A stretch of DNA of 64,000 nucleotides. Source: Octopus vulgaris. Lineage: Eukaryota. Each line of letters begins with the position of its first letter. The first letter of the stretch is position 1. The position numbers and the translations under genes are program-made. Shown here piece by piece: positions 1-11,590 of the stretch. The stretch covers positions 17,298,001-17,362,000 of the forward strand of contig OX597828.1 of assembly GCA_951406725.2 (NCBI GenBank), in the 5' to 3' direction. The notes below the pieces were generated by a model that did no database searches, was not told the DNA's origin, and saw nothing but the letters and a program-made list of their open reading frames with translations.

Positions 1-266
1 TTTTTTTTTTTTTTATTTATCTAGTTTCAGGTCACTAGCTGTGGTTATGCTGGGGCACCGCCATTTGGTGTTGCTACATAATTTTACTTCACAAATGCTT
101 TTTAGCAATTGCCATTTGGTGCATGAGAGAGTTCGATGCAGCTGCCCTCATCTGCACCTCCTGCCGTGAAGTTGGTTCATCTGAGATACCTGACAAGAAG
201 AGATCCAGTTTCATTTTAAAGACATCTGCATCCACCCCATGCAGGTCTCTTAGGTTCTTCGGGAGG
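1..266 (-). mobile_element. 3' end of a CR1/L2-group-like LINE (ORF2 C-terminus, 3' UTR and A-rich tail)
   Basis: Minus strand reads LPKNLRDLHGVDADVFKMKLDLFLSGISDEPTSRQEVQMRAAASNSLMHQ, resembling the LP..IR....FK..LD.FL..IPDEP C-terminus of invertebrate CR1-like ORF2. It is followed by GGCGGTGCCCCAGCAT..CCACAGC..CTGAAAC and poly(A). Confidence 0.7.
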
Positions 267-570
267 TTGTTAGGTTCTTATATATATATATATACACATT
301 ATATAATCAAAAATGGGATGCAATCTATTTTAATTGAATTAATAAATACTAATTGATGTAAGTTAATTGTTGTTAATCAGTACTTCTTCATTTTCTGATT
401 GCTTTAAATCTATATACATATGTATATATAAATTATATTTGCCAATTAAATGTGGCGGTCCTATAGAGGCTGGAGATACTATTGTGGTCTATAGGACTGC
501 CACCTTTAGTTGGCAAATATATTTTACGATTCCGTACTTTTACTGTTTATTTCTCGTTAGGAGATGTTAT

Positions 571-635
<65 letters not shown>

Positions 636-648
636 AACACACACACAC
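571..648. repeat. (CA)n microsatellite
   Basis: Seen directly; explains the HT/VC-repeat ORFs here. Confidence 0.95.
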
Positions 649-876
649 ATATTGTGGTTTCTTTGGTTTGTTTGTTCCCAAACATTTATCTTCCCGATGT
701 CGACACCACCGGATTGAATGGTACTGCCCAGGTGTCGAAACCATAATGATATCCGTGGGGCAGCTGGTGATGAATGTATGTTGGATTGTTGGTATGGCTG
801 TGGAATTGTATTATAACACATCTTTTTTTTGTTATATATATATATATATATGTACACACACACACACATATATATA

Positions 877-1248
877 GGGGCAAGAGTGGCTGTGTGGTAA
901 GTAGCTTGCTTACCAACCATATGATTTCGGGTTCAGACCCACTGCGTGGCAACTTGGGCAGGTGTCTTCCACTATAGCCTCGGGCCGAGCAAAGCCTTGT
1001 GAGTGGATTTGGTAGACGGAAACTGAGAGAAGCCCATGGTATATATATATATGTATATTTATGTGAGTGTATTTGTGTGTATGTGTTTGCCCCCCCCCCC
1101 AAAAAAAAAAATCAACGGCAAAAGTGACCGGTAGTATAAGTACTAGGCTTACAAAGAATAATTCCTGGGATCGATTTCCTCGACTAAAGACGCTGCTCCA
1201 GTATGGCTGCAGTCAAATGACTGAAACAAGTAAAAGATTAAAAGAGTA
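877..1248 (+). mobile_element. SINE family A (tRNA-like head, CORE-like CTTGGGCAAGTGTC body, internal TA/GT microsatellite, CR1-like tail)
   Basis: Box A TGGCTGTGTGG and box B GGTTCAGACC; about 10 recognisable copies in the window. Confidence 0.85.
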
Positions 1249-1784
1249 ACAGTCTTCTTTTAGTTTCCGTGTACCAAATCTACTCACAAAGTCTTGGTCC
1301 ACCCAAGGCTATAGCAGAACACACTTGCCCAATGTGCCACTCTGGCGGTGCACACTTTTTCAAATTCGGTGTTAATGATCATGGAAACCAGTTAACAGAT
1401 GTTTTCTATTTCTACCTTTCGTTAGATATGGAATTCTCATTTACTTTGTCCTCTCCGGAGAAATTATTACGTTCCAACAATCTCTATTTTACAACATTCG
1501 CAATTCACCTAATCTGTTTATCTGAGTTTGTATTTCAGTGCCTGTTTTGATTAAGTTTACAGCAAATAACACAGAGTAATACTATTGCTGCTTCGTATTT
1601 TCCTGATAAAAGCTGTGCTAGCATGAATCACATTGAATATTTATTAAAGCAAGATATGCCTTATATGTCAATGTATAACAAAATCCCTATTTAATGCGAT
1701 GTGAAAGATATAATCGAATCGTATTCACCATATACGTGCATGTTTATATGTTTATGAGTATATGCATAGACAACATGCGTACAC

Positions 1785-2131
1785 GTCAGTCGTGAGACTG
1801 CGGCCATGCTGGGGGCACTTTACGAATTTTTAGTCGAATGAATCCACCCCAGTATTTAAATTATTTTGCTAAGCCTGGTGTTTATTCTATCGGACTCGTT
1901 TGCCGAGATGCCGTTGTCAAACGGTGATGGGTCACTCACACACACACACACACTCTCTCTCTATCTCTCCCTCTCACACACACACATACACACACACACA
2001 GATATATATATTTATCAGTTTCCGTCCACCAAATTCACTCACAAGGATTTGGTCGGCCCAAGGCTATAGTAGAAGACAGATGCCGAAGGTGCCATGCGGT
2101 GACACTGAACCCAGAACCATGGGGTTAGGAA
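1785..2131 (-). mobile_element. SINE family A body and tail, separated from its head (3816-3845) by an inserted retroelement
   Basis: Minus strand TTCCTAACCCCATGGTTCTGGGTTCAG continues the head TGGCAAGAAGCTTGCTTC found at 3816-3833. Confidence 0.8.
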
Positions 2132-3815
2132 TTTAATTCATGAAATTGGTCATGAATACCGTACATAGAGGGGACAAAAAAACAAAACGAATGGAAAATG
2201 GAATGAAGCCGTTCGGCCGCACCTCCGAGCGACTTCATTTGTATCACAATTTGCAACAGCTAATTTAATACATCTTTTTTAAGACACTAGTTTACAATAC
2301 CAATTTTATCACCATTTCGAACAGCTAATTTCCACTTTTACACAAAATGTCTAAATTGTATTTCTTTAAGATCTCAAAATAGCTTACCTCTTCTGGCATG
2401 GTACTGGTGTATACTTTCTTGACATACCACTCAGAGTCTTCCTCACAATCTTTTAATCTCGCAAGATACGCCGGCTCCACCACCGCACAACGAATGTACT
2501 CCGGCACCCCCCTTACTCCTGTTATATCCACTTTTATCGTTGCATCCCACGCGTCTATCTCATTATGGAGTTCTTCGTTTTATCCGTTGTACAGTACAGT
2601 ATATTTTTTAATCCCAGGTTGAGCGTTGGGTAATATGGGGCTCATGTGAGCTTGTGCTTGTCTTTGTGTCAGGTAGGGCATGGAGAGGGTTGGTGTCTGC
2701 AGAGAGTGGTTGGGGTATAGTGGGTGTGGGTGGGAGTCGGGTAAGGGTGGTATGGGGTCATCCTTTACAACGTGTACTCTTTTCTTCTCTTTCTTCTTTT
2801 CTTTCCACCGCTTCCCACCCGTTCGATTCCTCGTTCACTTCTTCCTCCTCAATGCTGATACTAGTTTCCATCGGTGGTCAAGTCGCTCTACATTAGTCCG
2901 CCCTAATGTAGCCTTTTAGGCTACATCTATAGGACCGCGTGATACTTCCTCCCTCTAACTCTGAGTGTTAACTCTCCGACTATGATTGTCTATACCATAT
3001 TTTCAATATTTTCCTCTGCAGCTTTTACCACCATATCGAGGCTTTGGCATTGCCAGTTCCTGTGGGGTGTTCTAGTGGCCTGGAGCTACCACCACCTACA
3101 CCTCCATACCTAATAGTATGGCAGCTACCAGCCAGGCTACATCCACTTCTGGGGGTATGTCTTCTAACCTAACCCTGGAAGCATGTCTCCCAAGGTATAC
3201 AGGTAGAAGCAACACTTCGTCTGTTTTTAACGGTGTTACTGAGCCTGGCGGTAGCTACCTCCTGGAACTGCACTTCCACTGTCCCAAACTTTTTCCTCCG
3301 GCAAGGTAGGAAATACCTTGCCAGATTGGTTTCAGTGCATTTTCAAGATGAGCTATCGACATAACTTTTATTTTCCTGGCTGATACTGAGTACGTCCTGT
3401 AAATAATAGTTTTTTCATGTTTTCCCATTAATACTTCTTTGGGAGGGAATATATTTTCACTTCGTTCCCCTCCCTTTTAAGTATTTCTTTAAATTTACTC
3501 ACTTCCTCCAGACACATGTCTTCGCTTTTTTTCTTTCGTCACTTCTGCTTCGTCTGTCTTCTTCAAACATTCTACCATATTTTCCTTTCGTCTCTATTGC
3601 TTCGTCTATCTTCTTCAAACTCTCTACTATTTCTTCCTGGGACTACACAAAGTTTGATGACGGATAGTTCACAAAGTCTGAAAAATTCAAGCCTTCACAA
3701 CTCCTCACCCGACGCTCTTCCATTAAACAAGAGGGAAACCGTCGCACCGCTAAGACAGCAAAAAACGCGTGTGTTACTCGCAAAACCAACAATCCAGCTG
3801 AAAAACTCTATAGCA
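2132..3815 (-). mobile_element. Non-autonomous ORF1-only non-LTR retroelement (Tx1/L1-like gag-knuckle ORF1, disrupted)
   Basis: Minus frames give IFPPKEVLMGKHEKTIIYRTY...LENALKPIWQGISYLA/KFGTVEVQF...EVLLLPVYLGRHASRVRLEDIPPEVD, homologous to ORF 11866-12411. A degenerate knuckle reads YRCSLKGYIRAD*C (~2885-2935). The 3' end has TGTCCCCTCTATGTA, an 8-bp hairpin (2136-2157) and ATTAAA. No RT is visible. Confidence 0.8.
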
Positions 3816-4489
3816 GAAGCAAGCTTCTTGCCATAAAGAAACAGCTGTTTGTATGTGTGAGAGAGACTGAGATAGAATTAGTGAATATGCTTGTGTACGT
3901 ATGTCTGATTTGTAATTTCAATGCATATGCACACATGTGTGTATATATGTGTGTATATATAACAAAACAGGGAAATGGAAACTGTAATGGCATTGATATT
4001 TATTCAACATTACAAATGTGTCATTTGCTAATATGGGTCACAGACTATTACATGTTAGACATTTCCCGTTAGATATTCCCGAGAGAGAGAGAAAGAGATA
4101 GAAATTAAACAGTAATTATTATTTCGTTATTAATTAATAATGACTATTTAATTATTAGTTACTAATAATTATTTAATTTCTCTGAAGAATTTCTAACGTG
4201 TAAAACTCCATAATTCCTATTAACAAATGAAACATCTGTAATGGAAAATGAATAATATCAACACATTTTGCAACTTGTTCTGTTATTTTAAAATAACTCT
4301 GCAAACAATATTTTCAACTTTAATATGGGTTTTGCCTCTATACTTCAACTACAAACTGGATTGTAATAATGCTGTAAGCAGATGTGCTTCAAGACAAAGC
4401 AGTTGGGATATTACCCTATCTTCTTACATTTATAAATAGTCACATTGAATAATCGAAATTAAAACTATCAATAACAAAGCAACAATATG

Positions 4490-4966
4490 ACGTACACATG
4501 GAGCGTATTAGTTTCACGCTCGGTAAACGTGGAAAAAAGAGAGGGTTTTCTTACGTTTCGAGCATAATTCTTTGACAGAAAGAAAAACCGAAAAGTCTGG
4601 AAAAGGGAAAATATCACCAACACGCACGCACACACACATAACTTATATATATAAATATATATTGTATAAATACAATGAACAATAATTATAACAGAAAAGG
4701 AACATTGTTTGACGAATGCATTTCTAGCATAATTGTAACCGTTTCGGACATTAGTTCTTCATCAGATGAAAGACAGAGAGAATCACAGATTGTGTTAAAA
4801 AGAGCCCTCATCCGTGTATAAAAAACGTGGGCATAGCGTTAGAAACGAGACGAGAATTATGTTGTATGGGTTAGTTGCAAAAGAAATATATTTCCGAAAT
4901 ATAAGACCATATCCATCTTTGGGGGTTTACAGCCAATATTGGAAAGTGAACTTGCGTTTTAGGGTG

Positions 4967-5051
<85 letters not shown>

Positions 5052-5640
5052 CAAAGTGAGAAATGTTGTAAAATTGATTTATGAGAATTGTTGGTTGGCG
5101 TGGGTATTCTTCTGGTGCGTTGTGTGAAGGCATGTAAGTGAGGTGTTCAGAGTTGGTGTGAGTGTGAGGGAAGAACGAAATTGGCAAAGCAGTTGGAATG
5201 GCAAGTGTAGTCTGGAAATTGTTATTGAAGTGTGTGCATGTATATAACAAATGTGGTATTGATATTTTTAATATTCCGTCTGAACATGTGGGTTGAGATG
5301 TTTGCGTGAAAAAATTTTGTTAGGAAACAAGCTCCAACGTTAGAATTTCTTTTACTCTGCTGTATAAAATTTACATATTCTGGATTAGATAATATTGTAG
5401 CCTTCAAAATATCTGACAAATTATAGTGATTCCCCCAGGCAAATGAATAATTAGTAAGCGTGCTAGTGGAAAAAAAATTCGTTTTTTTTTTAAACATAAT
5501 CTTGTGTTTCTTTTTTCGTTGCTGATTATGCTTTTAATATTTTTTGTTGTTTGACATTTCTTAAGTAAACCACAACGTTTCAAATACGTAATTCTCTGTA
5601 CGTCATTGAATGACATTTACATATACATATCCACAGGCCT
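4490..5640 (-). mobile_element. Probable decayed Penelope-like element
   Basis: Degenerate hammerhead-like motifs on the minus strand at ~4545-4580 and ~4735-4770 (CTGATGAAGAACTAATGTCCGAAAC). Weak PLE-like peptide NLSDILKA. The 4500-4580 motif recurs at 42355-42430. Confidence 0.35.
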
Positions 5641-6839
5641 GGATTGAACTCACTAATACCGTATTGCTCGCAGAATTTCCATGCTCTTATTCAATATGTC
5701 AAGGGCAATTATTACATATTTTTCTCTAATATTTGTTTTTCTTTATCAAATATTTCCTCTGTAATCTTCGTTGTCGAGGAATCTTACATTGGCGAGATAA
5801 CATTCAAAATATTCGCCGTTTTGTCCACGTAAAGGGATTGTTCTGAGATTTACGACTGCCACTGTCTACTTTGTGATGTTGCCTGCGGCGTTGTTCTTGA
5901 ATTTACGTTTAAAATCTGACGGCGTAAAATGAGTTTTAGAAAAATCACTTTTCTATTTTACATTTGTGAATGTTAAGACATTATTTGTTACATAAGTATT
6001 CAATCGTGCTTTATTTAATAACAACTTAGATACATTTATATCTGAAATGCCTATCTTCGGCTTTTTAAAAGATATTACACGATAACATTGTTATATACCT
6101 GAAGTGGTCTAAAGTAGCCTGAAGTATCTTTAAAATTTTCTATGCTTCCTTTTGTGAAAATGTGATGAGAGTTTGAATAGCTTGATCAACATACAATAAT
6201 GTTAAAACCTTATAATGTCATAAATATTCTTGGTGTGCAGTTTTATTACATTCTGGAATAGAAAGGAATACAAATACGTATATGTAAACATCAGCACAAC
6301 TGGTACTAAATCATGAACTTACAGGAACAGCTATTAATTTGCTTTAGGTCATCTACGTTATGCAACAAAAATTGAATACCACTGGCGTTATTATTAGAGG
6401 TAGGACAGCATCTTCTATCTTCATGCTTCAGGATATTGCTATTTTACCAATGGTGGTTGTAATGTTGTCAGGTTTTCCAAAAGAGAATTCTTAAGAATGA
6501 ATATATTTCTTAAGGCGATAAAATAGAAATCTACTTATCTTTTTCAATAGAACTTATGTTCGGAGAATGTATGTCGAAGCTAGCCCAGCAAACATTTCCA
6601 TTCTGAATATATTTAATTCACTGTAACATATTTTAAATGAAGTGGAGTGATAGAAATACCTTATGACTTAAAAATATTTAGTTTTATATGTGATCATTTC
6701 GAGTTCGATTCCTGAAGTGGCCGTCCTTATCATTTATTATCAAGTCTGGTATACACTGTAAAATGTAGCGATTTTAACAGCTACCCGCCTAAATAAAACT
6801 ATTGTGACTGCTTCCACCCCACTTTTCGACGCTACAATA

Positions 6840-7900
6840 AGTCAAGCCTTGAAGGTGGTGGTTTTGCAATCCAAGTACAGCAGATGGTTACAAAATATCC
6901 ACAAAACAAGAGAGAACAGTGCAACCAACAAAATCCCAAAATGCGACAGGAAATGTCAATTATGTCACTCTTCTGTGGAAAACACAAAACATGTACTGAG
7001 TAGCTGTCCAAAAATGTCGTCGTGGTACTACCTCTGGCAGTTGATGTTGTTGCTAAAACAATATGCAGCACACTTGCTATGGAATACATACGTACGTACA
7101 TACCGCGAGCGAAAGGGATTGCGACAGGCCAAGTCATCTCCGGACGTGGGCTGGTGAATTACGGCGCCGCCCATCTGTCCAGCAACATCCGTCTGGAGAG
7201 GAGGGGCCTGCCGCAAAGAGCGTTTAGAAAAAGATGAATGACAGCGGTAAGAAAGATGAGAATGCACGAGGCTGTGCTTGCACGGTCGGTCGGAGCATAA
7301 ATGAAAGGAAAAGATTACCAAAAGGGATAATCAACCGGCGGGTTAATTCATTAACTCGGAACCCAATTTCCATCAAAACATCACTTATATTTTTAACTCC
7401 CATATGTATAATATATGTAAATCCATCTGTCTTTTCACCTTGTATATAAGAATGTGTGTCTGTCTCCTACATGTCCCTTGTCTGTCTTTGTAACGTTCCC
7501 TCTATGTAATCCTTTTTATAGGTGAATAAAGAAGTTCATACGTACGTACATACCAATGCAAACAACATTTATAAAACATTGAAAGATTCCCATCGAGTTT
7601 TCAACCAAGTGATACAGTTATTTGGGAATGAAAAGAAAAGTCACGTACAGCCATAGAGATAAGATGAACTACACGCGTGGATAACTCTTCCAAAGTCAGC
7701 GATGAGGATTATCTATGGACAGCTGCTTCAAAGTTTGCAGCTTTTCGATTCGGATTATAAATTTGCATTTATACCATAAATTATTGCTGCACTCAGTAAT
7801 GTTAGTAAGTGGGTAAACACAATCTGGTGACTTTAGGATGTTGAGGCAAATAAAAATACCGTTCACACGAACTTTACAGATACAATCTGTAAGTGAAGCC
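6840..7900 (+). mobile_element. Remnant of an RLE-type non-LTR element (R4/Dong-like), interrupted at 7105-7536
   Basis: KCQLCHSSVENTKHVLSSCPKM (CCHC finger), then DVVAKTI. After the insert, YGQLLQSLQLFDSDYKFAFIP*IIAALS resembles the RLE C-terminal KY..L....IPIVIGALG motif. Confidence 0.6.
7105..7536 (+). mobile_element. 5'-truncated Tx1-like LINE 3' end with 18-bp TSD
   Basis: RAKGIATGQVISGRGLVNYGAAHLSSNIRLERRGLPQRAFRKR aligns to ORF 13261-13593. Ends ...AATAAAGAAGTT. Exact TSD CATACGTACGTACATACC at 7087-7104 and 7537-7554. Confidence 0.85.
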
Positions 7901-8189
7901 GGAAATATATGTGGGACTTTCTGGAGGCTCGATATATAACAACTAACATTGTTGTTATTCAAACTCAAACGGAAGAGCTTTTCTATCTTCGTTTGAAACT
8001 TGGTCACTTATTCTAAAACGAATACAAATAAATAAAAAGACATTTATTTGTTTGTTTGTTTGTTTGTTTGTTTGTTTGTTTGTTTGTTTGTTTGTATGTA
8101 TGTATGTATGTATGTATGTATGTATGTATGTATGTATGTATGTATGTATGTATGTATGTATGTATGTATGTATGTATGTATGTGTTTAA

Positions 8190-8482
8190 GTGGAGGCGCA
8201 ATGGCCCAGTGGTTAGGGCAGTGGACACCTGGTAGTAGGACCGCGGTTTCGAATCCCAGACCGGGTGTTGTGTGTGTTTATTGAGAGAAAGCACCTAAAG
8301 CTCCTCGAGGCTCCGGGATGGGTGGCGACCTCTGTTGCACTCTTTCGCCCTAACTTTCTCTCACTCTTTTTTCCTGTTTCTTGAGTAACGCTGCGATGGA
8401 CTGGCGTTGGACTGGCGTGCCTTCCAGCTGGGGGAAACACATACGCCATAGAAACCGGGAAATCAGGCCCATGAGCCTGGCT
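8190..8482 (+). mobile_element. SINE family B (tRNA-like head GTGGAGGCGCAATGGCCCAGTGG, tail 1)
   Basis: Box A and box B (GTTTCGAATCC) present; related copies at 9130, 47058 and 57250. Confidence 0.85.
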
Positions 8483-8483
8483 T

Positions 8484-8532
<49 letters not shown>

Positions 8533-8769
8533 CGTGTGTGTGTGTGTGTGTGTAATAAATTTGGTAATAATGATGGACTCTCCTATCGAAGACGACGTAT
8601 CATTGTTCAGCTTTTGCCGAACAACCTCCACAAATAGTTTGTTTAAAGTGGTCAAATGTTCGCACTGCACATTAGCTAACTCTCTAGTCAAATCGACATT
8701 GTCTGAATAGGTAAACGGTGTACCATGCGTCAGATGCCGAAGTGAACGCAGATCAATGTAAGATGAAAT

Positions 8770-8860
8770 GCTTTGTTCAAAAACATAAAGCACAACCTGG
8801 TCTAGGAATTGAAATCACGGTCTAACGATCGTGAGAGCAACACCCTAACCACTAAGCCAT
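8770..8860 (-). mobile_element. SINE family C head fragment
   Basis: Reverse complement of TGGCTTAGTGGTTAGGGTGTT..., matching 32120 and 57770. Confidence 0.65.
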
Positions 8861-9129
8861 AATAGTATATCAAATAGTTGCATGAAACAGTGACGAAGAA
8901 TAAAAATCTTTAGATTATTTCAAATATGTCTACGAGCGCAAATCAGTCATTAGTATTGACCGATTCATTACGAAATTACATATTTTTGTCAGTTCAGTGT
9001 TACGTCTCTCTGGTATCTCCCGCTGAGCGCAGCATAAAGTGCCTGGAATGCATCTAGGGGCGGCCAATGGAGGGCGCCACTTAGCTGATAATTGAATATT
9101 TGCACCTTTTACTATTAACGAGAATTTGT

Positions 9130-9262
9130 TCACCCCAGACCGGAGCCTCGTGGAGCTTAGGTGATTTTGCTCAATAAACACTCAAAATGCCCGGTCTGGG
9201 AACCCAAACCTCGCTCTTACGACCGCGAGTCCGCTGCCCTAACCACTGGCCATTGCCCCACC
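9130..9262 (-). mobile_element. SINE family B 5' half
   Basis: Reverse complement of the family B head (GCAATGGCCAGTGGTTAGGGCAGCGGACTCGCGG). Confidence 0.75.
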
Positions 9263-9569
9263 ACGGTCGCTGGTCGTTGTTGAATAACCCCATCTCAAAA
9301 TTGATCCAAATCATAGTGATCGATGTTCAAATTACTTTATCCACAGTAACATTTCACTCGTCTTGTCCTGTGTTTGAATACTTTCTTAACTGAGAATTGT
9401 GTGAGAAACTTGGTCTCTTTTATTAGCAGAGCAAGTAAACCCGTTGAGATTTCTCAATTGATTTCGCGGTACACTGGGCATTGAACAATAAAAATTTCTG
9501 ATTTTAGAGAAATGGGCGGAAAATTTGAAGGAAGGGAATGATGGATACGATCGAACACGTTTCGTGGCT

Positions 9570-10610
9570 AGCACTTTCTTTTATCGGCTCCAGAGAGATG
9601 AAAGGCAGAGGTGATCTCGGTGGATTTTGAACTCAGAATATAAAAATTCGTATGAAATACCTCAAAGCCTTTATTCCGACGTTCTAAAGATTTTGCCTGT
9701 TTGCCTCATTCTTTAGTGATTAAATAACATAAAGAAAAAAATATTAGTGAAGTTCGCGTAAAAAAAAGAAGAATTAATAAAACTATATTTGAAAGATAGA
9801 ATTTAGAAAACTCTTGCATACTGTGTCTGATTAATCATACTTGCGTCTCACAAAATTATGAATAACATGTTTTTTCAAGATGTTCAATTATTAGTGAGGA
9901 TTTTCCTAAGTTTAATGTTTTAATTTTTTTCGTAAATCCACGACTTACCTAAATACCCCTTCCGGCGCACTATTTGCAAACAACCGACTTAGAGACTCTT
10001 CTACTGTTAGCTCGCGCTCATAATACTTTAATTATTAAAAGTGGCTGGTTGGATCTGTAAATCGTTAGTCAAAATACAATTATTTGCTCACGGCTTTTTT
10101 TATGTTCTAATCCCGCTAAAGTTGACATTATTTATTTTCCTCAATCTGAGTGTTGATAAAATACACTGACAGTCAAATGCTAGGGTTGATGAAATCCGCT
10201 TTTCTCTGCCGCAAGATGTGTGACCTTCTATCTTTGTTAGAAATATTTTGTTTTCGAGAATTACGTTTACTGATATTTAATTAATTCATCATTTTTCACA
10301 TAGTCATAAGATCACATATTTAGAAAGAGCGGAGTTTGTCGAATGAGTCGACATCAGTTGTTAACTGGTTCTTCTTGTATTGAGCATGGAGGGATGAGAA
10401 GCAATGTTGGATCTTGGCACATAGTAAGAGCAAAGATGTAAGTCGATTGAACCAACACTAATTTCTTACTGATTTTTTTGTCTTATCGAACCTAGAATGA
10501 TATAAAGCATAGTTGATCTTAGTTGGATTTGAACTCAGAAAGCAAAAAGCCAGAAAAATTACCGGATGGCGTATTATTCAACGCACAAACAACTTTGTCA
10601 ATCCAGCATA
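9570..10610. mobile_element. Cluster of old, diverged SINE family D fragments on both strands
   Basis: Recurrent GGATTTGAACTCAGAA and GATGAAAGGCA motifs at ~9590-9640 and ~10490-10545, and a diverged plus-strand body at ~10100-10200. Confidence 0.55.
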
Positions 10611-11174
10611 TGGTCAAAATGGCTAAGATTACCGGCTTTGATCAACACATCCATTAGTCTCGTTCGTATTCGCATTAATAAGGTCAACAAGGGAAACAGC
10701 ATGTGTACGTAGAAAGCAGATCGATGAAGGGTTTTCTAGCTATAAGGCCAACCCGTGTATATCCATGTTTGATTTGCCACAGGCTTGTATCACTAATGAG
10801 GTCCTCTTTCCTATTCCAGTAATGTCCTATAAAACGCATGCGTTCCTATTGACTGCAAGAAGACTGCAAATCCATTGGTCGATAATTAATTATTTAATTT
10901 AGCACCGTATAGTTAATTAATCAATTAACTAATTAAGGCATATATGATAGAATAAGGTACAATACTGAACAAAAAAGCCTTGAGGTATTTCATTATAAGT
11001 TTGTTTTCTACTTTCAAATACTGGTCGAATTTGAATTTCCCTTTTTCTGATCAATATTATAGATCCCAGTCAAATATTCTGAGATAATTGAACGATTATA
11101 TACCTGCATCATAAATTTTATCACTCCACTAATGTTAAAATTATAATTATTAATTGATGCATTGCCAGCTAAAG

Positions 11175-11590
11175 CGAAAGCTGGCAGGACTGACAGCACG
11201 CTGGGCAAAAGGCTTATCGGTATTTCGTCTGCTGCTGCGTTCTGAGTTCAAATTCCGCCGAGGTCGACTTTGCCTTTCATCCTTTCATGGTCGATAAATT
11301 AAGTACCAGTTACGCACTAGGGTCGATATAATCGGCTTAATCCGTTTGCCTGTCCTTGTTTGTCCTCTCTGTGTTTAGCCCCGTGTGGGTAGTAAAGAAA
11401 TAGGTATTTCGTCTGCTTTTACGTTCTGAGTTCAAATTCCGCCGAGGTCGACTTTGCCTTTCATCCTTTAGGGGTCGATGAAATAAGTACCAGTTACGCA
11501 CTGGAGTCGTTATAATCGACTTAATCCGTTTGTCTGTCCTCTCTGTGTTTAAACCCTTGTGGGTAGTAAAGAAATAGGTATTTCTTCTGT
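11175..11590 (+). mobile_element. SINE family D head plus two head-less tandem units, each ending in a Tx1-type tail
   Basis: Units 11219-11402 and 11403-11576 both start GGTATTTCGTCTGC and end TGTCCTCTCTGTGTTTA..CC.TGTGGGTAGTAAAGAAATA. Confidence 0.85.

Noticed and set aside
5767-5790. TTCGTTGTCGAGGAATCTTACA resembling miR-981/miR-76
   Set aside because: Four mismatches to the recalled mature sequence and no pre-miRNA-sized hairpin.
11219-11590. Tandem repeats as a CRISPR-like array or real tRNA genes
   Set aside because: The units are ~180-bp SINE bodies without unique spacers, the heads do not form complete cloverleaves, and the DNA is eukaryotic.
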